Below, piece by piece: positions 9,695 to 18,696 of a DNA stretch of 64,000 nt. Source of the stretch: a virus; the IMG/VR virus record IMGVR_UViG_3300017963_000024, positions 22,833 to 86,832 of that record; one strand, given 5' to 3'. Both the position numbers and the translations under genes were made by a program. The notes beneath the pieces were generated by a model. The model did not search any database and was not told the DNA's origin. It saw only the letters and a program-made list of their open reading frames with translations. The stretch's first letter is position 1; each line of letters opens with the position of its first letter.

Positions 9695-9932
9695 GAGGCA
9701 ACCCCCGAAGAAGAGAGAAGTAGCGAAGGGATCAAGTCAGCCCAAGGGCAACTACTACGCACAGATCACTGATGAGAAGACAGGAGTTGAGCGGAAGGCC
9801 CAGTTCCAGTACGTCGAGGATCGAGATGTGTGGTTCCTTGCTTGGGGCATCAGAGACGCGCTGGAGACGAAGGACAAAAAGTACCTCCGTGAATGTATCA
9901 CGCTCCTCAAGAAGATTCCGGTGCTGCACTGA
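9651..9932 (+). CDS. Lys-rich hypothetical protein
   Basis: GGAGGAG RBS before ATG 9651. Confidence 0.55.
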   Translation: MKTKKKKASSASPTKRQPPKKREVAKGSSQPKGNYYAQITDEKTGVERKAQFQYVEDRDVWFLAWGIRDALETKDKKYLRECITLLKKIPVLH

Positions 9933-10088
9933 TGGAAACTTTGAGAGAATTGGTGAGGCTAATCGTGCGGGAGTCGGCTTGGTGGCTTGTCGTCCTCTTC
10001 TGTGCCTACCAGCTTGGTTACATGACTGCCGTGAATCGAATGAGGGGAGCGGTCTTGGAAGAGCAGATGGTGGATAGCGAGGTCTACA

Positions 10089-10643
10089 GTGGCAGTGTTC
10101 AAAAGGAAAAACCGGGCAAGTCTCTCTGCGAACCAAAGCGTTCAAGACCGATTTCTAGCCAAGGTCAGCAAAGAATCTAGGGAAGATGGTTGCTGGATTT
10201 GGACAGCGTCAATCCGAACGGATGGCTACGGTCAGTTTGGTTGGAAGGGGCGGATCATCGGTGCTCACAAGTTTTCGTATATGCTCTTCGTTGGTGACGT
10301 TCCCGATCCACTTGTGGTGTGCCACAGATGCGACAATCAACTCTGCGTGAACCCGGACCACCTGTTTCTCGATACTCAGTCAGAAAACGTTTGGGATATG
10401 CGGAGAAAAAATAGGAACTTCAGGGCGACGGGTAACATGAACGGCATGAGACGACGACCAGACCGCGTGGCGAAAGGAGAAAAGCATGGACAGGCCAAGC
10501 TGACAAGAGAGACTGTGAAGGCGATCAAGCGTTTTGCAAAGCTTGGGTGGAAGCCGAAGGAGATAGCGGATCACTTCGGAGTCGGCCCCTCAACTATTCG
10601 TGATGTCCTCACGGGTAAGACATGGAAAGGAGACACAGCATGA
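10089..10643 (+). CDS. HNH homing endonuclease with C-terminal HTH
   Basis: CWIWT...GYG...AHK...CHRCDNQLCVNPDHL..DTQSEN; IADHFGVGPSTI HTH. Confidence 0.9.
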   Translation: MAVFKRKNRASLSANQSVQDRFLAKVSKESREDGCWIWTASIRTDGYGQFGWKGRIIGAHKFSYMLFVGDVPDPLVVCHRCDNQLCVNPDHLFLDTQSENVWDMRRKNRNFRATGNMNGMRRRPDRVAKGEKHGQAKLTRETVKAIKRFAKLGWKPKEIADHFGVGPSTIRDVLTGKTWKGDTA

Positions 10644-11113
10644 AGATGAAAAAGCGAAAGAAGAAGATCGGACTGGTCAACGCACTTGGCGGTGGCTCGG
10701 ATAAGCCCAAGAAGAAAAAGAAGCAGGTCGAGGAAGCTGCCATCGAAGAGAAGCCCAAGAAGAAAAAGAAGCTGAAGAAGACGAAGAAGACGAAGAAGGG
10801 CAAGAAGGACCTCGCTGAACTGAAAGATAAGGTCAAGGCCGAACGTAAGAAGCCGAAGGGCCGCACCATTGAGTTTCTCGATCTGAAGGTGGAGTACGAT
10901 GTCGAGATTCCAGCCAAGGGCCGCCCGTCCTTGAAACGGATTCCGTTCGACAAGCTGAACAAGAAGAACGCTTCTTTCTTCATTCCGTTCGAGGAGATGG
11001 CTCCTTCACAGGTCAACTCTGCCGTGGGTCAGGAAAATCTCCGTGCCGAAGGGAAGCGCAAGTACATCTACCGTTCGGTCGAAGGTGGCTCACGAGTCTT
11101 CCGAATCGACTAG
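10640..11113 (+). CDS. Lys-rich putative DNA-binding protein
   Basis: RBS AAAGGAG; poly-K N-terminus and small globular C-terminal domain (IPFDKL...SFFIP...RVFRID). Confidence 0.6.
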   Translation: MKMKKRKKKIGLVNALGGGSDKPKKKKKQVEEAAIEEKPKKKKKLKKTKKTKKGKKDLAELKDKVKAERKKPKGRTIEFLDLKVEYDVEIPAKGRPSLKRIPFDKLNKKNASFFIPFEEMAPSQVNSAVGQENLRAEGKRKYIYRSVEGGSRVFRID

Positions 11114-11114
11114 A

Positions 11115-11339
11115 ATGGCTGGTGTTTTTTCGAGAGACTACGGCTCGCACGTTGCAAAGTTTGAGGACGTGCGGGCCACAGGGCAGACGATGGGGGGTGC
11201 TCTGATTTGTGAGATCAACGGCAAGTCGGAGTTCATCCCCCAAGGCTGTATTGACGACACCAGCGAGGTTTGGGAACCGGGGCACGAGGGGACGCTTGTG
11301 ATTTGGGAGAAGATCGCAATCGAAAAAGGTCTGGTGTAG
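11115..11339 (+). CDS. small hypothetical phage protein
   Basis: ATG right after the upstream stop; FIPQGCID...IAIEKGLV. Confidence 0.55.
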   Translation: MAGVFSRDYGSHVAKFEDVRATGQTMGGALICEINGKSEFIPQGCIDDTSEVWEPGHEGTLVIWEKIAIEKGLV

Positions 11340-11893
11340 AATGTGTTCCCATGAAGCTTGCGACGAAGAGGTGGTTGCTGGCGGCTCTTGACGACATTCA
11401 AAAGCTTTCAGATGAGTTTGCGAATGACCCACGGGGAGTCGCTGATGCGTTATGGGAAGTGGGCTTTGAGGTGGAACAGGAACTAGCTTCAATGGATGGG
11501 CTACTGCCCAACGAAAGGAGTGATAATGAAGACAAGGCGAGTAACGGTGACGATGGAGATCGAGACTGACATCCCTCTGAGTGATCTTCGCAAGAAGGCG
11601 AACTGGCATACTGATGTGTGCCGAAGAGGAGAGCGAGTAGCTGAACCTGTGGATGTGAAGCAAGTCACGGTTCAGGTCGCCGCCAACTGACAAGCTTCGG
11701 TGTACCTGCGGGCTAGGCCAGCACATTGTTTAACCGTGAATAGAATACAGGCACTCATCCTCGTTGTCAGCGCAAAGAGCACGAGTAGCCTTTTTTCTTT
11801 TCCCTTAGACGATGTCGTGCGAAGTGTCCGCAGGAAACGGGCCGGGTTGCTGGTCCCCGGCCCACCCTTTGCAGATTCACGAGAAGGGGCGGT

Positions 11894-12208
11894 ATGGAGG
11901 ATAGAGCTTTCAACAATGTCTGGTTACTGCCTGAACTCTGGAGAGCGTTAATCTCAGGTGTATGCTTTGCTGAGAACCAATCCAGCAATAGGCGGTATGA
12001 TTACTCCGGTCTACTCCAAGCTTTGCTTCTCCTCGATCAGATGCGGGAGGACGACGACATCATCGAGATTCGCCTACTCAAGCCAGATGAGATCGGACTG
12101 AATGGGGAGGACTTGGGGTTGAACACGGAAGCTGTGACCGAGGTGCTGAGAGAAAAGCGGGTCATCAACGTAAGACAACTTAGGCAGTTGCGGAGGAGGG
12201 CTGGATGA
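11894..12208 (+). CDS. hypothetical protein
   Basis: ORF with upstream purine-rich RBS. Confidence 0.5.
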   Translation: MEDRAFNNVWLLPELWRALISGVCFAENQSSNRRYDYSGLLQALLLLDQMREDDDIIEIRLLKPDEIGLNGEDLGLNTEAVTEVLREKRVINVRQLRQLRRRAG

Positions 12209-12310
12209 GGACGTTCAACGTTTACGTTACATCACCCAATGGGGCAGGGCGGTTTTTCTCCGTTCCTGCCCCGTTCACTTTGAAGGGCAGAGCTAGAAAG
12301 GGGGAGCGAA

Positions 12311-12490
12311 ATGAGAGTCAATCTAGGAACCATCGACATCAGCGACAAAGCACGAAAGGCGATCACACGGCACCTGACCGATGGTAGGCGGGGCAGCTTG
12401 GCTGGCCGTGCCGAAGTCAAGGAAATCTTCCAGAAGGCGGGGAAGAAAGCCATCAAGAAGATGGTGAAGGAGTGGAGTGGGAGCGACTGA
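12311..12490 (+). CDS. small basic protein (59 aa, below ORF-track cutoff), paralog of 14221..14472
   Basis: GGGGGAGCGAA-ATG; MRVNLGTIDISDKARKAITRHL...LAGRAEVKEIF. Confidence 0.55.
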   Translation: MRVNLGTIDISDKARKAITRHLTDGRRGSLAGRAEVKEIFQKAGKKAIKKMVKEWSGSD

Positions 12491-12897
12491 TGCAAACGTT
12501 CCTCCCGTATGCCGACTTCGATCAGACTGCAAAGTGTTTGGACTTTCGTAGACTCGGCAAGCAGCGTGTTGAGGCAATGCAGATTCTCAAAGCATTGTGC
12601 TTCCCCGGCACGAGTCGGTGGGAACATCATCCCGCAGTGAAGATGTGGAGTGGTTGTGAAGAAGCCTTGGCCCTCTACTACAACACCATTGTACGTGAGT
12701 GGGTGCGGAGGGGATACAGAAACACGATGCCTTCCCTGTTGCTGGAGGACATCGTTCTTCCCTCTTGGCTGGGGAGCGAAAGTTTTCACGCAAGCCACCG
12801 ATCAAACTTGCTGCGGAAAGACCCTGAGTGGTACGGACAGTTTGGATGGGATGAGCCTTCGGACTTGCCGTACATCTGGCCGAAGGGGGAGCGATGA
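12490..12897 (+). CDS. pyrimidine-dimer DNA glycosylase/endonuclease V-like (MSMEG_6728 family)
   Basis: MQTFLPY.DF...LD.RRLGKQRVEA.QIL, HPAVKMW.G, HASHRSNLLRKDP. Confidence 0.85.
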   Translation: MQTFLPYADFDQTAKCLDFRRLGKQRVEAMQILKALCFPGTSRWEHHPAVKMWSGCEEALALYYNTIVREWVRRGYRNTMPSLLLEDIVLPSWLGSESFHASHRSNLLRKDPEWYGQFGWDEPSDLPYIWPKGER

Positions 12898-13379
12898 GAG
12901 CAATCACTCAAGAGGAGTTCGACAAACTTGAGTGCAACCAGTGTGGGGATTGTTGTGAACGTTTCTACCTTCCCCTCCCAACAAAACTTTGGTCTGGTTG
13001 TCAGTGGCCGCTCGATCACTACAACTGGTCCGAAGAAGAAAAGGTAGAAGCCCGGAAGATGGCGATGTGGGTGTCTTTCGGAGTGGAGCCACTGGATGAA
13101 CCGTTCACCGAGCGAAATAGGATGTCCTGCAAGTGCAACTGGTTCAGACGGATCACTCCAGACTACGGTGTCTGTACTCGCTACGAGGATCGCCCAAAAA
13201 CGTGTTCAAGCTTTCCTCTCCACTGTACCATTGGGGATGAATTTCCCCGCTGCGTCTACAAAGTTTTCTCAGAAGAGGAGCAAACCAGTGACGACGAAGG
13301 CGAGGAGAAATTCGAGAAAGACAGAGAAGAAGCTGAAGTCACGCAAGAACCGATTACTGTCGAAGGAGGAGCGAAATGA
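12894..13379 (+). CDS. YkgJ-family Cys-cluster (CxxCxxCC) Zn/Fe-chelating protein
   Basis: CNQCGDCC ... CTRYEDRPKTCSSFP. Confidence 0.75.
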   Translation: MRAITQEEFDKLECNQCGDCCERFYLPLPTKLWSGCQWPLDHYNWSEEEKVEARKMAMWVSFGVEPLDEPFTERNRMSCKCNWFRRITPDYGVCTRYEDRPKTCSSFPLHCTIGDEFPRCVYKVFSEEEQTSDDEGEEKFEKDREEAEVTQEPITVEGGAK

Positions 13380-13828
13380 ATGTGTTGGTGTGTGGATCGA
13401 GGACATGGACCGACCGGGAGAGAATGAAGAGCGTGCTTGAAAAACTCCGTGAAGAGTTCGAGGGGGAAATCCACCTCATCGTGGGGGGAGCGCGTGGAGC
13501 AGACGAGAGGGCTTGTCTGCTGGCAGAGGAACTTGGGTACACCTACGAGAACTACTACGCACAGTGGGACCGCTACGGAAGGTCTGCTGGCCCGATCAGG
13601 AACAAGAAGATGGTGGACATCCTCGTTGAGGAGGGCGGCAAGCTTGTCCTTGCCTTCTTCGGCCCCGGCCCCTGCAAGGGAACGTGGAACACCGTCAAGT
13701 ACGCCCGAACGAAGGAACTCACCGTCAGGGGGTTCCCGCAGGAAGGAATCTCCGTTGGCTTCAGCACAGAGGAGGACCATGATGGGAAAGGAAGTCGAGA
13801 AGTATCGACCAGTGTGGAAGGCAAGTAG
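13376..13828 (+). CDS. SLOG superfamily (DUF2493/YspA-like) protein
   Basis: VLVCGSR, GGARGAD, W..YG.SAGPIRN..M, KGT. Confidence 0.85.
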   Translation: MNVLVCGSRTWTDRERMKSVLEKLREEFEGEIHLIVGGARGADERACLLAEELGYTYENYYAQWDRYGRSAGPIRNKKMVDILVEEGGKLVLAFFGPGPCKGTWNTVKYARTKELTVRGFPQEGISVGFSTEEDHDGKGSREVSTSVEGK

Positions 13829-14220
13829 TGCGGGAGGACTCCACTACTACGGAGCGTGGTTGAAAGCTTGGACCTTCGATGAGATGTGGCGGTGTGAGCA
13901 CAGGCACAGAACCAGAGAAGAAGCTCTGGCCTGTGCAATGAAGTGGAAGCCGGGAAAGGCGGATGGATGACGTACAAACTTTGGTGCTGCTGTGATGGAA
14001 GGTTCAAGTTGTGGTGGAGGCGAATCCAGAAAGTTTTAAAGGAAACCTACGGAGGAAAGAGGGGCTACCAAGTGGTCAGCGTCGAGGAGTCCGAAGTCCC
14101 TCTGGAAGTCTTCGACCGGAGAAGAAGACTGGCAGGATTCGCTGGCCGGGGTAGATGCTCGTTCTGTGGGAGCAGGGACCCCCGGTACGAAGTCAAGCTT
14201 GAAATAGAAAGGAGGAGCGA

Positions 14221-14472
14221 ATGAAGGTGACGTTCTCAATCGACGTGGACGACCGGGTCAGGAGGGCACTCCGCGCCTACCGAGGAAAGAGAGGGCTTGC
14301 CTCCCGTGAAGAGGTCAGGCATTTCTATATCAGCCACGGAGGAGCGGTCCTCGATGACGTGATGTGGGAATTTGAGAGGGGGGAGCGGTCTGATGAGGAA
14401 GAGGAGAGCGATAAAAAAGCAGAGGGGGGCGGGTCCTCCGATACCGTCAGCCCGCCAAGCCAGCATCTTTGA
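14221..14472 (+). CDS. small hypothetical protein
   Basis: RBS AAGGAGGAGCGA-ATG. Confidence 0.55.
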   Translation: MKVTFSIDVDDRVRRALRAYRGKRGLASREEVRHFYISHGGAVLDDVMWEFERGERSDEEEESDKKAEGGGSSDTVSPPSQHL

Positions 14473-14902
14473 AATCTACCGTGGAACCAACTCAGCCCTG
14501 ACCAATCTGGTAGCCTCAGAAAGAGATCCGATTTTCATCCCCGGCGGGGTAAAAGACTCCACCCCGCCAGCTTTCAAATCCCCGGAAAAGAGGCTCATGG
14601 CTGCAATCCTAGAAGCAGCCCTAGACGACCTCCGCAAGAAACCCACCTACCTATCCAGCCACACCCCCGACGAGAGACAGAGAAAGAACCGTCTAATTCG
14701 CTTGAAAAACAATGCGATAGACTGGTTCGAGGACGATGACGACACCTACGTCTTCTCCTTCCCCTCAGTCACACAAACGCTCTTCTCAGCCCACCCAGCT
14801 TCCATTCGAGAAGCCCTGAGAGCGTCCCACCTCCTTGAAAAAGAATCACCAGAAATCCCCCGTCAATCACCCAAGAGAATCAAAAAGCCCGCCCACAAGT
14901 AA
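14372..14902 (+). CDS. hypothetical protein with PEKRLM.A.LE.A motif (start uncertain)
   Basis: SPEKRLMAAILEAALDDL...AIDWF..DD.YVFSF..V pattern recognised from bacterial hypothetical proteins. Confidence 0.6.
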   Translation: MRGGSGLMRKRRAIKKQRGAGPPIPSARQASIFEIYRGTNSALTNLVASERDPIFIPGGVKDSTPPAFKSPEKRLMAAILEAALDDLRKKPTYLSSHTPDERQRKNRLIRLKNNAIDWFEDDDDTYVFSFPSVTQTLFSAHPASIREALRASHLLEKESPEIPRQSPKRIKKPAHK

Positions 14903-15120
14903 TTCCCCGCCTGTTATATGTAAGGGGTAGATTCAAACTACCCCTCCCACCTGATTCAAAAACACCCTCAAAGATTTCAGGACAGAAAATCCAGCAAAAA
15001 CAACGGGAAGCGATTCCACACAACCCAAAACAAACGGGGAGAGTTGTGAAAAAGCGGCCCTACCGATTCCAAAAACCTTCAGGGGGACACATCGCTGAAA
15101 AAGGGGGTAATCTCGCCTTC

Positions 15121-15171
15121 AAAAGGTCCTAGAGGGGGTAATCCACCCTACAAAAGGTCCTAGAGGGGGTA
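15121..15171. repeat. direct repeat AAAAGGTCCTAGAGGGGGTA x2
   Basis: Copies at 15121-15140 and 15152-15171. Confidence 0.85.
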
Positions 15172-15218
15172 CACGCTTGAATGAAGTATCAATACTCGCT
15201 CGTGTGAGCACTGCGGTT

Positions 15219-15397
15219 GCAATACTCGTGAGTATTCGCACCGCTCACGGAGCGGCGTTCCTTATATAGACAGAAACCCATAGCAGCCCTCCTACGGTGC
15301 GAATACTCGTGAGTATTCGTGCCCTCCTACGGTGCGAATACTCGTGAGTATTCGTGCCCTCCTACGGTGCGAATACTCGTGAGTATTCGTGCCCTCC
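15219..15397. repeat. tandem 35-bp repeat x3 with palindromic core (plus one inverted partial copy); candidate origin iterons/operators
   Basis: GCCCTCCTACGGTGCGAATACTCGTGAGTATTCGT at 15286, 15321, 15356; core also at about 15219-15243. Confidence 0.9.
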
Positions 15398-15409
15398 CCC
15401 GCCCCCAAC

Positions 15410-15438
15410 TTGACAAAGCTTTGATAATGTGAGACAAT
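15410..15438 (+). promoter_or_regulatory. early sigma70 promoter P1
   Basis: TTGACA-AAGCTT...17 bp-GACAAT with extended TG. Confidence 0.75.
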
Positions 15439-15492
15439 ATGACCGTGGAAAAAGCCCATTCTAACGGTCACAGACCAGAAAGGAGGAACAGA

Positions 15493-15774
15493 ATGGCGGT
15501 ATCGAAATCATTGGAGGAGCAGTTGGCGGCTTTGACTGGAAAAGGGGGCAATACGAAGAAAGCCCCTGCCAAGAAGAAGGGGGGCCGCCCCAAGAAGACC
15601 GAGGCGGAAAAGATCGTGGAGAAGGTCCTGAAAAAGGGTCCGAAGTGCAACTTCTGCGGGCGTCCTGCCACGGTCGAAGTTCTCATCGCTGAACTGGACG
15701 GTAGCCATGTGAAATCGGTGATGCTCTGCAAGGGCTGCACGGGGAAGCGCATGAACTTCAGGAAGGAGGGGTAA
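15493..15774 (+). CDS. small Lys-rich Zn-ribbon protein
   Basis: RBS AAGGAGG; CNFC...CKGC. Confidence 0.7.
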   Translation: MAVSKSLEEQLAALTGKGGNTKKAPAKKKGGRPKKTEAEKIVEKVLKKGPKCNFCGRPATVEVLIAELDGSHVKSVMLCKGCTGKRMNFRKEG

Positions 15775-15775
15775 G

Positions 15776-16261
15776 ATGGTGGCGAAGAGCACGTTCGTTT
15801 CCCCGATTCGGTTCACAGAAACGTGGGAGCGGCTAACCGAGAAACAGAGGGAGTTCGTTCTGGATGCTTTCGATGGTACTTCACAGGACGAACTGGTGGA
15901 CGCGCTCACACGCATCGACACGATCATCGTCTACCACGGAATGCTCAAGGACGCGGAGGAGCACGAGAGGAACATGGACCCGAAACGCGGCACAGAGGAT
16001 GAGGACTGCACCTGTCCACAGTGTCGCGGGTTTGGGCACGATGACAGGATCGTGGTCGATCTCCAGAAGGAGAAAGCCACAACGGGGACGCTCATCTGTG
16101 AGCTACTCCAAACCTTCATCGACGATGTTCCCCGTAGCGAGATCCTCGATGCAATCCACAGACTCCGGGTGTGGGTCGAGCGGCATCCGGGTGTCAGCCC
16201 TGACATTCGTAATCTGAAATGCTCCGCTCCAGACTACGAACTCTTCGAGGTTTGTCCGTGA
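15776..16261 (+). CDS. hypothetical protein
   Basis: RBS GGAGG; CTCPQC motif. Confidence 0.65.
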   Translation: MVAKSTFVSPIRFTETWERLTEKQREFVLDAFDGTSQDELVDALTRIDTIIVYHGMLKDAEEHERNMDPKRGTEDEDCTCPQCRGFGHDDRIVVDLQKEKATTGTLICELLQTFIDDVPRSEILDAIHRLRVWVERHPGVSPDIRNLKCSAPDYELFEVCP

Positions 16262-16458
16262 GTACGCTCAAGCAACTCAGGAAGGTGCGTAACAAAGCTT
16301 ACCGGCTGTCGATCATACTCGGGGATGTGATCGCAATCCTCAACGGGACTTACATCAAGCGTGTGATGAGAAAGCACGCGCTGAAGCGGGCCGGTAGAGC
16401 AACGATGTGGGGCATCCCCGTTTCAAAGCTGAAAGGAAAAAGGAGGAAGCGCAGATGA
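16258..16458 (+). CDS. small basic protein, paralog of 22890..23060
   Basis: GTG overlapping the upstream TGA; AYRLSIILGDVIAILNG.YIKRVMRK. Confidence 0.6.
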   Translation: MSTLKQLRKVRNKAYRLSIILGDVIAILNGTYIKRVMRKHALKRAGRATMWGIPVSKLKGKRRKRR

Positions 16459-16736
16459 AGGGGAACTACGAAGAAGGGAAATTGGGGCGAACAGCGGCAG
16501 AGAGTCTGCTGGCGGCTGCCAACCTGATGGGAAACGAAGCAGAGGTTGATGCGTTCATGGACACGATCATGCGGTCCCACCGTACTCTGCAACAGGGGGC
16601 GGGGCGTTTCATCCAAGCTTTGATCTTCAACACGGCGGAGGACAAGTGGGGCCACGATCTCCGTAATGAAGCGTGGGTGGAGTTCTGCAAGGCAGCCAAA
16701 CCTCTCGTGTGGGACCACCCGCTGCCGTTCATGTAG
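16455..16736 (+). CDS. hypothetical protein
   Basis: RBS AGGAGG; HRTLQQ motif. Confidence 0.65.
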   Translation: MKGNYEEGKLGRTAAESLLAAANLMGNEAEVDAFMDTIMRSHRTLQQGAGRFIQALIFNTAEDKWGHDLRNEAWVEFCKAAKPLVWDHPLPFM

Positions 16737-16790
16737 CAGGGGGAGCGGCTCGCCATAGCGGGCCTACCCTGCTATGGCGGGACTGCTAAC

Positions 16791-16819
16791 TTGACAAAGC
16801 TTTGGGCATTTGGTACAAT
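16791..16819 (+). promoter_or_regulatory. early sigma70 promoter P2
   Basis: TTGACA-AAGCTT...17 bp-TACAAT. Confidence 0.85.
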
Positions 16820-16875
16820 GTGCCACCATCGAGAAACGGGGATTTCCCCCACACACACAACGAAAGGAGGAAGCG

Positions 16876-17481
16876 ATGGCAGTAGATCTGAAGAAGAAGT
16901 TGGCGGCCTTGAAGGCGAAGGCTGCCGCCGCGAAGAAGGAGTCCAACGGGAAGGTGCCGAAGAAGGGTGCTTTCAAGGAGGACAAGAAGGCAGCGGCAAA
17001 GGTGAAGGGTGAGGTGAAGAAGAAGGGGAAGAAGGACTACGACCCGGACAAGGAGGAGTTGTTCGGCGGGATGACCGAGAAGGAGATGAAGAAGATCGAG
17101 CGGACGACCAATCCGAGGGAACTCGATGTCTCCACCCGGCGTTACCTCCCGCAGATCAACGAGACGTGTGCCATCCTCCGGCAGATCGAGAAGCTGAACG
17201 AGGAAGTCTTCTGCGCGGTGGGGACGTTGCTGTTCGACAGGACGGTGGCGGGAGAATTGAAGTGGGCCAACCAGTGTCTCAAGGCCAACGACATGGGGCT
17301 GGACTTCAAGGGCGAGGTGGATCAGCCTGTCGAGAAGGTGCTCGACGTTCTGTATCTGGCAGGGTTCTACGTGGCGGAGGTGCAGAAGAAGCAGATTGCT
17401 TTGGCCCACCAGACGAGCAAGGCCAAGGCGGTGGTGCTGGCCGGGAAGGATTCCTGCAAGGTTGCCGTTGCCAAGGTGTAA
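16876..17481 (+). CDS. Lys/Ala-rich hypothetical early protein
   Basis: RBS AAAGGAGG; strong GC3 codon bias. Confidence 0.75.
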   Translation: MAVDLKKKLAALKAKAAAAKKESNGKVPKKGAFKEDKKAAAKVKGEVKKKGKKDYDPDKEELFGGMTEKEMKKIERTTNPRELDVSTRRYLPQINETCAILRQIEKLNEEVFCAVGTLLFDRTVAGELKWANQCLKANDMGLDFKGEVDQPVEKVLDVLYLAGFYVAEVQKKQIALAHQTSKAKAVVLAGKDSCKVAVAKV

Positions 17482-17508
17482 AGCGGCTCGCCATAGCGGG
17501 GAGGAAAG

Positions 17509-17537
17509 TTGACAAAGCTTTCCTCCCTTGCTATAAT
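17509..17537 (+). promoter_or_regulatory. early sigma70 promoter P3 (perfect consensus)
   Basis: TTGACA-17 bp-TATAAT with TG; AAGCTT in spacer; embedded in an inverted repeat 17493-17534. Confidence 0.9.
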
Positions 17538-17592
17538 GTATGCACAGTGAGGGAAGGGATTTCCCCTTCCCCTTAGACGAAGGAGGAGCGAA

Positions 17593-17844
17593 ATGGCAAC
17601 ATCGAAAGACAGAGAGATCGAGAAGCTGCGGAAGGAACTGGCTGCCATGAAGTCGAAGAAGTCGAAGGTGGAGTCGGGTCTGAACCTCTCGGTCACGTCG
17701 GGCAAGAACAGGCTGGCCGTGGCGGGGCTGGCCGGGATCAAGGGCTACGTGTTCACGTTCAAGCGGGCGACGATCATGGACATTCTGGAGAACGCGAAGC
17801 GCATCGTCGAGTTCCTCGACGAGCACCCCGAGATCGAGGAGTAG
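17593..17844 (+). CDS. small hypothetical early protein
   Basis: RBS AAGGAGGAGCGAA-ATG; followed by a GC hairpin with a UUCG loop. Confidence 0.75.
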   Translation: MATSKDREIEKLRKELAAMKSKKSKVESGLNLSVTSGKNRLAVAGLAGIKGYVFTFKRATIMDILENAKRIVEFLDEHPEIEE

Positions 17845-18182
17845 ACCGCCGGAGCACGGCCCCCTTCGGGGGGCCGCCCCCTCCCGAAACGAACCGCTCC
17901 CCGAGGAGCGGCCAGCCATAGGAGGCGAGTATGACGTTGGCAGTACAAGTTTGCCGCGTCTGCCTCCGACCGGAGAATCTCTGCAAGTGTACCGAAGCTC
18001 TCGAACGCGCCTATGCAGAGAGTGAAGGTCCTTGGATCATTCGGACGGAGGAGGAGATAGCGGCTTTGGATTGCAGGGGCAGACCATGAGCAAAACATTC
18101 AAGGATGATCGAGGCGATGGAGACAAACGTTACCGGCTGCTGATGAAGAAGGCGGAGCAGTCGAGGAAGGAACGGAGGAGGT

Positions 18183-18464
18183 ATGAAGCTTTCAGTCGAA
18201 GCGAAGAAAGAACTCGTCAGGGTCGTGGACAACACATGGAGCGCAATCGCAATCGACGTGCTCCAGTGCCTAGCTGATTGCGAAGGCAAGAAGGTCGAGG
18301 CGGTCACAGTGGACCGGGAGTCCGTGTGTGACTCTGTCCTCAACTATTGGGAAACGCACGGCGGGAAGATGAGTGACGAACTCAAAACCTTCCTCCGTTC
18401 GGGAAGCGATCTGGTCAGGAAGTCTGTCCGGGGGTGTCTGAAGTTCTCCCGTTACGGACTCTGA
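18183..18464 (+). CDS. hypothetical protein
   Basis: RBS GGAGGAGG. Confidence 0.65.
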   Translation: MKLSVEAKKELVRVVDNTWSAIAIDVLQCLADCEGKKVEAVTVDRESVCDSVLNYWETHGGKMSDELKTFLRSGSDLVRKSVRGCLKFSRYGL

Positions 18465-18635
18465 CCGCTACGGGCTGCTCCCTCTGTCCCCCCGGAGGGA
18501 GCGGTCCACCTCCCAGCCGCTTAGGGGTCGCCGCACAAGCGGCGCAATCTTTTTTTTAGCAAGCGGTGCAAGACCAGCCGCGAAGCGGCTGCTCATAAGG
18601 GCAACCCATAGGTGGGGGATAAGCCGCCTCTCGAT

Positions 18636-18664
18636 TTGACAAAGCTTCAAAGCTTTGCTATACT
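18636..18664 (+). promoter_or_regulatory. early sigma70 promoter P4
   Basis: TTGACA-AAGCTTCAAAGCTTTGC-TATACT (two AAGCTT in spacer). Confidence 0.88.
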
Positions 18665-18696
18665 GTAACCATCGAAAACAACCACGGAGGAAGGAC

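Noticed and set aside
11686-11810. Possible structured RNA in an intergenic gap
   Set aside because: Only short complementary segments (CTGACAA/TTGTCAG); insufficient support
15286-15397. CRISPR array
   Set aside because: The 35-bp units are identical and contiguous with no unique spacers, and no cas genes are present
16786-17919. 377-aa minus-strand ORF
   Set aside because: Antisense shadow of GC3-biased + strand genes; spans + strand promoters; no recognisable motifs
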